This document shows, one piece after another, positions 28,534 through 43,547 of a stretch of 64,000 nt of DNA. Every line of letters begins with the position of its first letter. Positions within the stretch are counted from its first letter, which is position 1. The stretch lies in NCBI RefSeq assembly GCF_006345805.1, contig NC_043004.1, positions 71,114,001-71,178,000 on the forward strand. The letters are read 5' to 3'. The notes below the pieces were generated by a model. The model had not been told where the DNA came from and ran no database searches. It saw nothing but the letters and a program-made list of their open reading frames with translations. The stretch comes from Octopus sinensis (lineage: Eukaryota). A program made the translations under genes and the position numbers.

Positions 28534-30346
28534 CTGAAAACACAAAGAGAAAACTTATATAAAATATTTATTTTCAAAGTAAAATATCCCTAGCCCTTAT
28601 ATTTTTTATGTAACCCCAGTTGTCATCCACTGTTTTCCCATACGTTAAGATATTATTACATGGATGAATCATGGATGACCAACACAATTTATATTGAAAA
28701 CATTAATTACAGAAACTAATGGCGAGAATTTAATTATCAGGACTATGTCGTAAAATATTGGCAATATTGGTTCAGGAATATCTTCCAGAACAACTGGACA
28801 ACTTGAGAGGGAAAATATGAGAGACTTCTTAGTTCTATTGTGTGGATGTATGCTTTACGTAGATCCATCTGTGGCCGTGTGTTACATGGTCCTATTTATG
28901 TTTGTGTTTAGACTTCACATTGATCCGTAGTAATATGTAAAGTTTACATAAGTCTATCTTTGCCACTGTGTAAATTTCACAAGGATCTCTCTGTGGCGGC
29001 ATATAGATTTCACAACGATCTCTCAATCCATCTAACTCACTTCACTGTCTCTCCCCCTCTTCTTTTCTCTGTCTTTGTCTCGCAACGGTTACAACGAAAA
29101 GAGTCCCAGTTGATTCGATCAACGGAAAAGACTGCTCGTGAAACTAACGCACGGATGGGTGAGCACTGCAAAGGCAAACGTAACCTGAACGTAGTTATCA
29201 AGGCGATTCAGTATGACACAGATGTGGCAAGGCTGGCCCCTTTGAAATGCAGGTACAACTCACTTATGCCAGCTGATTGGACTGGGGCAGCATGAAATAT
29301 AGTGTCTTGCTCAATATCAAAATGCACCGTTAGAGATCGAGCTCAGGACTTTACGATCGTAGCTGAATGCCCTAACTCCGAAGCTACGCGCCTTCTTACG
29401 TCTCTTTATGTATGTATATATATATAGATATATGTACCTATATACCTATATATTTGTGTATACATACTTATATATATACATACGTACATACATACATGCA
29501 CACATGCGTACGTACATACATAAGTAAATAAATACATGCATATATGCAGATGATGATGATGATGACAAGAATGCAGTTGGTATTTATTACGATGTCTCTC
29601 CAGTCCTAAGAGCGATGACGTTGACATTGGTTGTATTGGTAGAAGTGGTGTTTGTGATTAGACCCATTACAACATATTGACCCTGGTTGTGGGAGTAGTA
29701 GTAAGAATAAGAAAGATCAAATTGCACTTACTTTTATAGGTTCTTAAAACTTTACTGGCTTTCTCTTTCTTTTGTTTACATATACACGAGCAGATGATGT
29801 CTCTGGTATCTTTCTTGTATATACAGTAGAATAAGAAGATAAACGTTCCTTGAAAGGCACTGAAGGTAACGAAAAGAATCTGAAACACTTCTGCTGCTTC
29901 CCCAACAGCGAAGAATGCAAAGACCCAAGATAATCCGAACAGGAAAAACAAACCAAATATTCCAAGAAAACGTAGTCTTCTGGTTTCGTGTTGAAGCAGC
30001 TTGTTATTTTGCATTGCGATAAGACGCAAGATAACGAGAAAAAACATGATAACGTTGAAGATGAGAATAGTCCCGACGGGAGCCAGGAAAGCAGCATAGA
30101 ATGGTATCTCCGACAACCAACAACTACAAATAAATGTAAAATCAATTGAGGAAGAAAATTTATCAAATGTTCAGTCAATAAATAGAGGAGTCGCCGAGGA
30201 ATTAAAGGGAAGTGATTTTGAGCCAAAATAAAAGGAAAGGAAAAGCTCAAACTTTCAGGGAGTCACATAGTCATGTACATTCATTAAGGTATTCTAATCG
30301 AATATTTCGATATTCAGACACTTTAAAACACCACCATCATTCATTT

Positions 30347-30389
<43 letters not shown>

Positions 30390-32060
30390 ACGTATATATA
30401 TATATATAATATATGTGTATATATATATATATGTATATATGTATGTATGTATGTATGTGTGTATGTATATATATTACATTTCTTTATGGTAACGCTTTTA
30501 ATATGCAAATACAGCTCCTATTATATTATCCCAGCCACCGTCTAATAATACTGACTAGTAAGCTAGGTTTACGGTTTTGCATCAAGTTATACCGATGCAT
30601 AATAATAATAAGAATAATCCTAGGATGGAAGTTATGACTATTTAATGCACTTAATATTCATACTGGTAAAAAGAAAAGACAACCCTCTATGGTTTACCTA
30701 TTAATGTTGTATCACTTGAAGAAATGAATCAATGGTTCTTATAAACTGGATGCCCACGGGTACTACGGACTACGCTGTAATCATTCCAGAAATACGGATT
30801 ATATTAAATGTTTACAAATTCCATCCTAGTTTATTATTACTCTTATTATTCTTAATATTATCATTATTATTATTATTATTATTATTATTGTTGTTGTTAT
30901 TATTATTATTATTATATTTGAATATATATACATATGTATGCATATGCATGTATATATGCATACTTATATGTGTTTCTTTACTACCCACAAGGGGCCACAC
31001 ACAGAGGGGACAAACAAGGACAGACAAACGGATCAAGTCGATTACATCGACCCCAGTGTGTAACTGGTACTTATTTAATCGACCCCGAAAGGATGAAAGG
31101 CAAAGTCGACCTCGGCGGAATTTGAACTCAGAACGTAGCGGCAGACGAAATACGGCTACGCATTTCGCCCAGCGTGCTAACGTTTCTTCCAGCTCGCCGC
31201 CTTATATGCATACATATATGTGTGCATGTGTCTGTGTGTGTGTTAGTACACATGCTCGGTACACAGCAATATTTGTTTGCTTCGCGATGCCATGTTTAGC
31301 CGAAACACAAGAATTAAGAAACCGGAAGGAGTTAGTTGCTCTCTGCAGCCTGAAAGATATTTCATCATCCAGGGGCCAAGAACGGCTGAGTGTGCTGCCC
31401 AGGTAGACGAACTTGTCTACCACTTTCACAATTGTTCCTTCAACCAAGATAGAATGTAATGATCCTTGAACGCTTTCACCAGAGATGTCTCAGGCACATA
31501 CTGAATGTTGGCTGGACCTTAAAAACTCCATACACACAGGTCCTGAGGACAAATGGTATCTTGAATGGCGATGATGCATAAGCACCAGTTACATTGGACT
31601 GAGCATCTTATTAGAGTGAAGGATAGCAGGATCCCTAAACAGATGCTATATGGGGAACTTGCGAATGGAAAGAGACCCCGGCAGTAACTGAGGCTGCGAT
31701 TTAAAGACTGTGTCATGTTCTCATTAAAGGCCTGTAGTATGCAGGAGACTGACTGGGAGAACAATGCCTGTCATCTCCAAAGATGGAGGAAGCATGTTAA
31801 GGAGGGGTCGAAACTTTTGAGACAGCACAGATTCTGCATTAAGCACTTTAGCGTGCTGATCGAAAGTGCACTGCTGTGTAGTGAATGGGGAAAGTTTGTT
31901 CTGCTACGTTTGCTGTCGTGTATGCTTGTCAAGAGTGCTCATTAGCCACAAACGGAGCCTCAAATGCAAATTATAAGTTAGTCCTAGGTCGTATAATGTT
32001 CCTGAAGGTCAGAAATGGTCTTTTTTAGCTCAGGAGTGGAGGGCCATCAAGTATATATCT

Positions 32061-32101
<41 letters not shown>

Positions 32102-33060
32102 TATACGTGTGTGTATGTGTAGGTAGTATCTATGTGTATGTGCGTGTGTGTGTATGCATTTTAGTATATGTTACCCCTATCATCAATGGAGATCTTGCTT
32201 TAGCTTGATGCTAATGTATCCACCATTCTTCGTTGTTCAGATCATAAATAAATCTTGCAAATTATTAGTTGTGGAGAGCAGAGAAAATTTGGTGAATAAA
32301 ACGTATAAATACTTACACTTGTGCGTGTTCAATTCTAATGTAATTGTTTGTGTAGTTAATTGCCAGAGTAATTGTGACAATGACAGCTGGAAGACCTGAC
32401 AAGGACATTTACAGAAAGGAAGAAACATATGTAGATATTAGTCAATATTTAAACTCATAAATAAGTAACATTTAAATCGATTTAGTTGACCATGTTTTAT
32501 TTAGAGAAAAATGTCTACTTCAAAAGATATCAATATTTATTTTGATGTACCCAGGTCACTTTTTACAATTTACTCCTTTGGTTTTTATTAGTAAGTACGA
32601 CTGGTGTATATCTTCGATTCTATCAACGATATGTTTTACTGGGAAACAAAACTTAAAATTACTGCAATTTCTGGTTAATCAAATAAAAACAACAAAAAGT
32701 CGTGCTCATGAACCTCTTCTTAAATTAGTTGTTGCCTCAGGTGAAAGTACAAAATGAATAACTCTTAGCTTTTTTTTCTAGAGATGAGATTAGACTGAAA
32801 CTCTTTGCGGGAAAATGAAAGTAATCTTATGTTGCCCTAATGGCCAACCTGAGAATCTATTTCTTTATAATCTAGATTTAACTTAAAAATATGACATCTT
32901 GTTTCAGCTACTTACCCCATGACAAAATTGAACTCTTCAGGATAAAATGTGACTGGTATGTTTTAAATACAATTACGCTAACAAGGCAAACGTGACATGC
33001 TTCGACAGCCATCCACATGAGAGATGCCAGCAGGAAGTAGTGTAACAGAGCAGCCACTGC
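28499..33060 (-). CDS. Adhesion GPCR-like (ADGRG-type) gene, 3' half, right copy with open frame; exons 32916-33060, 32317-32395, 29732-30123, 28499-28533
   Basis: Spliced frame is open: AVAALLHYFLLASLMWMAVEA...SWGLPAV...VCWLSEIPFYAAFLAP...LFFLFGLSWVFAFF...FQGTFIFLFYCIYKKDTR...SSGDGTAEMNT*. Canonical splice sites. Upstream exons not identified in the window. Confidence 0.82.
29732..30123 (-). CDS. aGPCR right copy exon (TM5-TM7)
   Basis: 392 bp, open (within ORF 29667-30116), with AG acceptor and gtaagt donor. Confidence 0.85.
30966..31205 (+). mobile_element. SINE-like insertion present only in the right arm, with ~20-bp TSD-like flanks
   Basis: Flanked by tatatgcatacttatatgtg and tatatgcatacatatatgtg. 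The left arm has a single equivalent motif near 6490-6515. Confidence 0.75.
31250..31990 (+). mobile_element. Degraded RTE fragment, mirror of 5750-6475
   Basis: Near-identical reverse complement. Confidence 0.8.
32317..32395 (-). CDS. aGPCR right copy exon (TM4 to ECL2)
   Basis: 79 bp, identical to 5338-5416. Confidence 0.82.
32916..33060 (-). CDS. aGPCR right copy exon (TM3)
   Basis: 145 bp; AVAALLHYFLLASLMWMAVEACHVCLVSVIVFKTYQSHFILKSSILSW. Confidence 0.82.
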
Positions 33061-33305
33061 CTACAATAACAATAACATCAACAACAACAATTTCTAACAT
33101 ATACATATATCACCTCAAATACAAATTGTTTTACAGGGATGGGATATAATTAGTAGACATCAGTTATTGATTGATATTTTATATTACTGCCCCAGAAGGA
33201 GGAAAATTAAAATTGAAATTTCGAAACAAAACATAAAGAGACGTATTACAATAGAGAAATGAATTTTTGTTTGACGCACTCGCCAATCGACCACCTTAGC
33301 CATGT

Positions 33306-33342
<37 letters not shown>

Positions 33343-33383
33343 TAATAATAATAATAATAAAAATGATAATAATGATAATAATG

Positions 33384-33420
<37 letters not shown>

Positions 33421-36400
33421 TGCCCGGAGATAAATCTATCAACAAAAAAAAATACAGACGAATACAGATCTGCTAGCCTTAAGAAGCTGCGCTACCAACA
33501 ACGTTTACGTGCAGAGAATCCTAAACTGACAGATCCGTCTCTTAATGTTAGAATCGAAGCTCGTCATGCTCCAACGTCAACAAAACAAACTACAATCTGC
33601 GATGGTCGGCGAGCGGATTACAAAAGACCACGTACCCGAAAATTGAACCAAAGTCTGATTGAAAAATCAGCTACTGGATCAAATCTTCCCGACACACAGG
33701 AGCTGAACGTACCCCACAACTGGAATATTCCAACAGATGGCAATCCATGCTCGTCACCAAACACTCAAAAGAAACAGAAGATAAAATGGACTAGGGAAGA
33801 TAATAAAGAAGTTCTTGCGGCCTTCTACCATGCCATATATTTCCCCACAGATAAATCTACATAAACTGGAGACAGAAACACCTTGAAGTAAGACCCTACA
33901 TAGACAGTAACAAACTTGCCAACGTCAGAAGGAACATTATAAAAAAAATTACTGACTGAAGTAGAGATTGATCAAGTTAGACAAGCAGTAACGGATAGAA
34001 TGAACGAAGCTGCAGTTAAAGAAGATAATACAGAGGAAATAAGTATAGACCAGCCCAGAGCTGATAAAACCGAAGTAAGGATTGAAAGAGTTAGTATAAG
34101 TGATAGGCAAAGTGAAATACTCTTTGAACCCAAAATAAACACTAAGACAGATGAACATCAAATAGATGAAGAAAGTCACACAAATATTGACCCAACAGAA
34201 CTACATGAGCTAAAAAGTCAAATCATGATTGAATGGCCGAAAACTAAAGAAACCAGCATGGATGAACGTGATACACTCCCTAAAATCCGCAACTCTAACC
34301 AAAACATGAAAGTAACTGGTAAAACCCGGCTTGCATTTAAGGATATAATTTCAGCTAATGATGTTGATATCACAGATCTCAACCACCTATACTATGCATC
34401 CGCGAAAATCTCAACGATCCTATGTGGTGAAAAGATTAGAAAACGGCAACGTTCCCACAAAAAGCCTTCTTGGCAAGAGCGTTTGCAACAACAAATTAAA
34501 CTATTTAGATCTGACATTGAATATTTGAAAAATCTTAAGGTTCATAAGACTACCAAACCTACAAAAACCCAAAATCTAATGAAAAAATATAATATAAAAA
34601 CTATACGTGATATTGATGCCACCATAAAAACCATCAAGCAAAAGGTATCTGCTAAAGCTGCTCGCATAGCGAGGTATGAAAAGCGTGTTAGATTCTTCAG
34701 GGACAACAACATGTTCAAAAATAACCCCAAACATTTTTACAGGAAGATAGGAAAAACAGCAGTTACTGTAAAGTCTGTACCATCAAAAGAAGAAGTGCAG
34801 GGATTTTGGAATAAAATTTGGGCCGAAGAAAATACACACAGCGTAAAGGCCCCCTGGATTGATAGAGTATCTACAGAACTGGATTCCTTAGAAGAGCAAA
34901 AGTGGGAGGGTGTCAAGGTAGAATATATAAGATCTGCTCTCAGGAGGTCAAGCAAATGGAAGTCTCCAGGACAGGATAAAATCCCTAACTTCTGGTTGAA
35001 TGCCTTCCCAGAGAGCCATGAACTGCTAACAGAACTTTACAATGATGTTTTGCAACACCTTAGTAGGATGCCTCCTTGGCTAGTTAATGGGTTAACATTC
35101 CTGCTTCCAAAAAGTGAAGAAACAAATGAACCAAAAATTATAGACCCATAACCTGCTTAACAACTATGTATAAAACACTAACATCTGTCCTGATGGAATA
35201 CACCTATAGTTTTTTGACAGACAGCAGCATATTCCCTAATGAACAGAAAGGATGTAAACGTGGATCCTACGGTTGTAAAGATCAACTACTCATCAATAAG
35301 ATGATCTTAGAAGATTGTCACAAACAACACAAAAACTTATCAATAGCCTGGATAGACTATAAAAAGGCTTTTGATAGCCTACCACTTAGCTGGATTAAGA
35401 AATGCCTAGAAATGTATAAGATAGCACCTATTCTGCGAAACTTTGTCTGTAAGTATGAGATCATGGAGAACCACACTAACTTTGAATAGTGACAATGAAT
35501 CTCTAAATGCTGGTGATGTAAAAATTTCATGTGGCATTTTCCAGGGTGACTCACTGTCACCACTCCTCTTTTGTTTATCCTTAATACCTCTCTCAAAACT
35601 GCTCAATGACGCGCAGTACGGATATAAAATGTTTGATAAAAATATAAATCATCTCATTTACATGGAGGATTTAAAGCTCTTTGCAAAAAATGACCAACAA
35701 CTCAAGGGCTTACTAGCGATTGTCAAACAATTCAGTGATGACATCAGAATGCAATTCGGCCTCGATAAGTGTGCAAAAGCTACCTTTATCAAAGGAAAAA
35801 TGACAGAAACATCTAACGTTAACCTTGACCAGCAGAATGTCATAAAATAATTAGACCCAGCGGAGAACCTCAAGTATCTAGGGATAATTGAAGGAGACGG
35901 AATAAGGCATTCAGAGATGAAGGAAAGGATCAGGAGAGAATGTTATCGCAGAGTAAGAGTAATACTCAAGACAGAGCTGAATGCGAGAAACAGGATCGAA
36001 GCGATCAATGCATTAGCCATACCAGTCGTGACTTACAGTTTCAATATCGTTAACTGGTCAATTACTGAAATATGTAATCTTGACAGAAAAATACGAAAAC
36101 TGTTGACAATGCATAGAATGCACCACCCTAAGGCAGATACAGAACGACTTTATCTGCCAAGGAAAGAGGGAGGCCGTGGACTTTTATAACTGGCAATAAC
36201 AATGAAGATTGCTACTATTGGCCTAGACACCTACCTGAAAAACTCTGAGGAATAGATGTTAAAACTTGTCTCAAAACATGAAAACGAGAAAGCATCATAC
36301 TCAGTAACAAAACAGGCAAAGGAATATCTAAGTGAATTCCGAATACAACAAATTTCGGAATTAGACATACAAGAAACAAGCACAGAAAAAGCTAAATGCA

Positions 36401-36628
36401 TGAAAACCAGTGTTAAAACTGCTGCCTTAGATATTCTGAATGATAAATGACTAGAAAAACCTCTCTATGGCAAATACCCAAAGAGAGCGAATAATGCAGA
36501 TGTTGACAAAGCCCTGACCCATCAATGGCTAATGGCCTCTGGCTTAAAATCTGAAACAGAGGGGTTTATCATAGCAGCTCAAGATCAATGCCTACCAACA
36601 AGAAACTACCAGGCCAACATATTAAAGA
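33421..36628 (+). mobile_element. R4/Dong-like non-LTR retrotransposon, disrupted ORF, 3'-truncated before the RLE domain
   Basis: Abuts a (TAA)n tract at ~33308-33420. KWTREDNKEV, WKSPGQDKIPNFWL, QKGCKRGSYGCKDQL, WIDYKKAFDS, GIFQGDSLSPLLF, IYMEDLKLFA and GLKSETEGFIIAAQDQ are spread over several frames. Confidence 0.88.
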
Positions 36629-36629
36629 C

Positions 36630-37000
36630 CGGCAGAATAAATGATAAACAGGAGAAGCCATGTCTGGCTAGAACATGGTTTCCCATTCAAACAGCTCCAA
36701 CCTTTGGAATGTCATTCTCGATTGTATGTGGCCGAGTATTATCCTGATGGAAAACACCTTTCGTCTGGAAACCAAAAATGGTTCTTTTTTCGGCAGGCAC
36801 TAAACTGAATGACTGGTTGAATGAAGAAATCCAAGATTCTCTGCTAGTTCTTCAGTAGTTACTATGGAATTTGTTCCACCAGAGTTTGCAGGACATCCTC
36901 GTCGAGCTCTATAGATCTTCTAGGTTGTAGATTCCGACTCGGAATTTCTGTAACCACCATTAAAACTAGCTTATGCTTATTGTCCGACCCTTATATACAG
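36630..37000 (-). mobile_element. mariner transposase remnant
   Basis: Minus strand QKFRVGIYNLED, DEDVLQTLVEQ...TTEELAENLG and FHQDNTRPH. Confidence 0.7.
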
Positions 37001-37712
37001 CATTAATATTCCTCGCACTTTCCGTTGTGTTGTTGTCTTTATAGTACTCATAAAGCAAAACATGCCGAATATACCCAAAACAATAAAATTCAAATAATGT
37101 TGAATAGAAAGCTAACATAGACAAGTTGAGTAGGCACGATGTTTAATATATAGGCGAGGAGAATTATGGAAATTTTATACAAAATATAGCTTGACGAATT
37201 AAAATATATTTTCTCACTATCTGGTATTTTTTACCATAAAAATGTGGTCATCATCTGAAAATAAAGCAACAGACAAACACAAAAATACAATGACGAAACA
37301 CACAAACATTAAATGCATTCAGTAACGGTGGAAAAATTTGAATAGATTGGAACCTGGGCTATTACTGGGGAAAATCTATATGAGCTCGTTCATAGTGTTT
37401 CATATAAAACTATTCGAACTGGTTAAAATGTGTTGCCACTTACCTTACAAGCAGCTGATACTTTTAAGGCATAAGGCTGCATCCCAGCAAGAAAGATAAT
37501 ATTAGTGATAGCCAAAGATATGCACAAGTTTACTAAAATCTTTGAAGACATTAATTTCCTTAGTTTGCTGAAATAATGGAAAAAGAATAAAAAATATTTC
37601 CCTCAATGAAGTAGAGGCAAAAACAAGAAACCAGTACTTAAATAACATCTACAACTGTTTATATGAGGATTACTTGAATATAAACGATATGTTATATCTA
37701 TATCTATATATA

Positions 37713-37767
<55 letters not shown>

Positions 37768-38102
37768 ATATATCTATATATATATATATCTATATATCTC
37801 TCTATATATATATATCTATATATCTATATATCTATATATCTATATATCTATATATCTATATCTATATATCTATATCTATATATCTATATATCTATATATC
37901 TATATATATATCTATATCTATATCTATATATATATCTATATATCTATATATATATCTATATCTATATCTATATATATATCTATATCTATATCTATATATA
38001 TATCTATATATATCTATATCTATATATCTATCTATATATATCTATATCTATATATCTATCTATATATATATATATATCTATATATATATCTATATATATA
38101 TC

Positions 38103-38134
<32 letters not shown>

Positions 38135-38189
38135 CTATCTATATATCTATCTATATATATATCTATATATATATCTATATATATATCTT

Positions 38190-40140
38190 AGAATAACTTA
38201 GAATAACTTAGAAAGGTTTTTGGCCAGTATTGGCCCAGGCCATGTCTACCTTAATAGCACCACCTGGCGAAGTCTTTCAGTTCAGGATTTGGGCACCAAG
38301 GCCCATTCGAGCAGAGAGTTATTGTTTGCGGAGACATATCCGGGTGTGGATGGTTTGTCCGGTACTGTTTGAAGGAATTTGTCCAAAGACTTCTTGAATT
38401 TTGTGTGGTCAGTTTCTTTTTTGACGTGTCCTGGTGTAATGTTGAAGAGAGCGGGTCCAATTGAGGTGAAATAGTTGTGCCGTATTGTCGTTATGTGATG
38501 CGATTTAGATTTTTGTTGTGGACGGATGGCACGTGGTCCAAGCCTTGGATGCATTTTGAAGGTGATGCCAACATCATTCGGACAGTGCTGATGGAATATT
38601 TTCCACATCATACAGATAATGTAGCGTTCACGGCGTCGTTGGAGTGAATACAATTTCAGCTTCTCTAGTCTACCCCAGTAGTCAAGGTCTGACATGCCAT
38701 CTATCTTTTTTGTGATTGACCTTTGGGGAGCTTCAATTCTCATAATATTTTGTTTTGTGTAGGGAGACCACAGTGGACAGCAGTATTCAAGGTGGGGTCG
38801 GGCAAAAGTGGAGAAGAGAAGGATAATAGTGTGGGAATCTCTCGACTGGAAGGTTCTGAGAATCCAGGAACACATTCTGCGGGCCATGTCAACTTTGCTG
38901 CTTATATGTGTAGCCCAGCTTATGTTGTTGTCCACTGTTACTCCCAGGTCTCTGATGTTGTTGGATGCCATGAGAATTTCTCCAGAAGGAAGAGAGTATG
39001 GGAGTTTCAGAGCGTCCTCCCTTCCAAAGTGGATCAGTTCGAATTTGTCTTCATTTAGCAACATGTTATTCTTTTCCGCCCATTGGACAACAGCCAGTAT
39101 GTCTGACTGAAGGTTTATTCGGTCATCCACGCCATTGATGACCTTCTGGAGCTTGGAATCATCAGCGAAGGTTCTGATGTTGCTGTGTTTGATGGTGTCA
39201 GTAATATCATTTATGTAGATGATGAAGAGAAGTGGGCCCAACACAGTGCCTTGTGGGACACCACTGCTGACTTTGGCTGGGCTGGATTTGACTCCTTCGA
39301 CTACAACATGTTGGGTTCTGTTAGAGAGGAAGCACTTGATCCATTGCAGCAGCTTTCCAGTGACACCAATATTGGACAGCTTTCTCAGAAGGATCTTATG
39401 ATCAACCCTGTCAAAGGCCTTGCTGAAATCAAGGTAGATGACATCAGTGTTGGAACCCTCTCCCAAGGCTCTCAAAATGTCATCAAAATGATGCAGTAGC
39501 TACGTCAGGCAATCTCTCCCATTACGGAATCCATGCTGGTTGGGGTTCAGCATATTATGACTCTCAAGGAAGTGAGTCATACGCGATCTCAGCACCCTCT
39601 CAAATAACTTGATGATATGAGAGGTGAGTGAGATTGGACGGTAATTCACGGCAAGCGATTTGTTTCCTTTTTTGAAAACTGGGACAACAGACTGGGATAG
39701 AAGGTCTTCTGGTATATATCCAGCATCCAATGAGTTCCGCCACAGATTGGCTAGAGGGGGTGCAAGTTGGTTTTGACACATCTTCAAGACACAAGCAGGG
39801 AACCTATCGGGACCTACTGCTGAATTATGCTTCATTTCCTTTATTGCTGCTAAGACATCAGGAGCGCCAAATGTTATGTTCGATAAAGTGTATTGGGGAG
39901 TAACATCACTGATACAGCCCAGATCAGTCATATCAGGATTGCTGAAAACAGAGCAATATTGTTTCTGCAATATTTCTCCCATGGTTTTGGCATTGTCTTG
40001 AAGAATACCATTTTCATCAATCAGAGGGCCAACAGTAGAACCAGTGACTCTGTGTTTTTTTGCAAATGAAAAGAACACTTTGGGATTGAGTTTGATCTTC
40101 TCAATGGCCCAGGCCTCTTCAGCTCTTCGCTGACTATTGA
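38190..40140 (-). mobile_element. CR1-like LINE, 5'-truncated, RT nearly intact (one premature stop at 39497-39499)
   Basis: ORFs 39500-40078 and 38282-39475 are in the same frame (CLT*LLHHFDD). Motifs YRPISLTS, YLDFSKAFDRV, GVPQGTVLGPLLF, FADDSKL and RPHLEYCCPLWSP. Tail is (ttctaagtta)n next to (TA)n. Confidence 0.92.
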
Positions 40141-40655
40141 TGATATATCTATATATATATCTATATATATATTATATATATATCTATATCGATATCTCTA
40201 TATATACTATATATATATATATATATATATATCTAGATATATATATATATATATTATCTATATATACTATATATATCTATAGGATATATATATATATTTA
40301 TATATTATAGATATCTTGATATATATATATCTATAATATATTATATCTATATATATATATATATATCTATATATATATCTCTATATATTATTATATTATA
40401 TCTATATATATCTATATATATATCTATATAATCTATATATATATATATATATCTATATATATATATATTCTATATCTATATATATATATATATATCTATA
40501 TTATATATATATATCTATATATATATATATTATACTATATATATATATATATTTATATATATTATATATCTATATATATCTATATATATATAATCTATAT
40601 ATATCTATATATATCTATATATATCTATATATATATCTATATATATCATATATAG

Positions 40656-40686
<31 letters not shown>

Positions 40687-40718
40687 CTATATATAGATAT
40701 CTATATATATATAATATA

Positions 40719-40751
<33 letters not shown>

Positions 40752-40874
40752 TATATATATATATATATATATATATCTATCTATCTATACATCGAACGTA
40801 ATAGGTTGTACATTTTGCATGCGGGACTCCGGTACCGTTTTTCATCTAGTACAGCATATTATGCTCATAACAAA

Positions 40875-40935
40875 CTACGCTGATGAAGCTACAGATATCC
40901 TTGTGATATTAATAGCCGAAACTACAGTACGTAAG
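40875..40935 (+). ncRNA. Minimal type I hammerhead ribozyme motif, family B, copy 1
   Basis: ctacg-CTGATGA-agcta...tagcc-GAAAC-taca-GTA-cgtaag. Stem I is 4 bp in this copy; A.C mismatch at the base of stem II. Confidence 0.6.
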
Positions 40936-41405
40936 GTAATTATTCCATTTAGTATATTTCTTTTGTCTCATCCATTGCTTGAGGTCGTGCTGAATTTTAT
41001 TTTTATTTGAGAAACATAATCCTTGTGGAGAATGGCGATTTGACGTCTATATCTAGCATGTTGACTGTCCACCTTTTCGTGTTCAGTCCTTAATTGGTAT
41101 ATATAAAATATTAACCTTCGGATTCTTTTAATGTGCTAGACCCACTGGTTAATTGACTAATATCAATTTCTACCCTTAATTTTTAAATAATTATATATAT
41201 CTATATCTATAATAATATATAGATATATATATATATATCATAATCATATATATATATATATATATAAATTAATATATATTATATATATTATACATATATA
41301 TATATCTATATATATTATATCTATATAGAGCTTATATATATAGACTATATATATATATATATATATATCGATAATATAAATAGATATATATCTATATATA
41401 TCTAT

Positions 41406-41442
<37 letters not shown>

Positions 41443-41496
41443 CTATAGATAATATATATATATATATATATCTATATATAGAGATATATAGATATA

Positions 41497-41554
<58 letters not shown>

Positions 41555-42076
41555 TATATATATATATATCTATATCTATATATATTATCTATATCTATAT
41601 ATATCTATATATAATATATATATATATCTATATCTATATATATATATTATATCTATATCTTATCTATATTATATCTATATCTATCTCTATATCTATAAAT
41701 ATCTATATATATATATAATATCTATATTATATATCTATATCTATATATAGATCTAGATATATATATAGATATAGCTATATATATATATATATAGATATAT
41801 CTATATCTATATATATAGATCTATATCTATTATCTATATATAGTATATCATATATTATATATATATATAATCTATATCTATATCTATATATATATCTATA
41901 TCTAGATATATATCTATATCTATATCTATATATATATATCTAGATTCTATAATATCTCTATATATCTAGATCTATATCTATATATATATATCTATATCTA
42001 TATCTATATCATATATATATATATATATATCTATATAGAGTATAGATATATATTTATTATATATAGATATATATAG

Positions 42077-42109
<33 letters not shown>

Positions 42110-42909
42110 ATATCTATATATATATATAGATATATATATATCTATATAGATATATCTATATCTATATCTCTATATATCTATATATATAGATCTATATATA
42201 TATATATATATTATTATATATCTATATTATATATCTATATCTATATCTATAATATATATATATATATATATAATCTATATCTATATCTATATTATATAGA
42301 TATATCTATATATTAATATATATATATTATGTATATATATCTATATATATATATATATCTATATATTATTATATACCTATATATATATATATTCTATATA
42401 CATATATATAGATATCTATATACATATCTATATATATCTATATACCTATATATATATATCTATATACCTAGATATATATTATATATCTATATAATATATC
42501 TTATATATATAATATCTATATATATATATATCTACATATATATATCTATATATATATATCTATTATATATATATCTATATATATATATCTATATATATAT
42601 ATCTATATATATATATATCTATATATATATATCTATATATATATATCTATCGATATATATATATATAATCTATATATAATACTATGTATATATATTATAT
42701 ATATATATCATATAATATCTATATATATATATCTATATATCTATATTATATATCTATATATCTATATATATATATCTATATATATAGCTATATATATATA
42801 TATGTATCTATATATATATATATATATATATATCTATATATATATATATAATCTATATATATATATCTAATATATATCTATATATATATCTAATATATAT
42901 ATATCTATC

Positions 42910-42954
<45 letters not shown>

Positions 42955-43147
42955 TATCTATATATATATATATCTATATATATATATCTAATATATATAT
43001 CATATATATATATATATATCTATATATATATCAATATAGATATATATATCTTATATATATGTATATCTATATATATATCTATATATATATATCTATATAT
43101 ATATATCTTTATATATATATATATTATTATCTATCTATATATATATA

Positions 43148-43187
<40 letters not shown>

Positions 43188-43191
43188 TATA

Positions 43192-43224
<33 letters not shown>

Positions 43225-43230
43225 TATATC

Positions 43231-43261
<31 letters not shown>

Positions 43262-43265
43262 ATTA

Positions 43266-43304
<39 letters not shown>

Positions 43305-43349
43305 ATATATATATATTATAGATATATTATTATCTAATATATATATATA

Positions 43350-43396
<47 letters not shown>

Positions 43397-43487
43397 ATAC
43401 ATCCGAACGTAATAGGTTGTACTTTTTGCATGCGGGACTTCCGGTACCGTTTTTCATTCTAGTACAGCATATTATGCTCATAACAAA

Positions 43488-43547
43488 CTACGCTGATGAA
43501 GCTACAGATATCCTTGTGATATTAATAGCCGAAACTACAGTACGTAG
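43488..43547 (+). ncRNA. Minimal type I hammerhead ribozyme motif, family B, copy 2
   Basis: ctacg-CTGATGA-agctacagatatccttgtgatattaatagcc-GAAAC-taca-GTA-cgtag. Stem I ctacg/cgtag; predicted cleavage after 43542. Confidence 0.68.
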
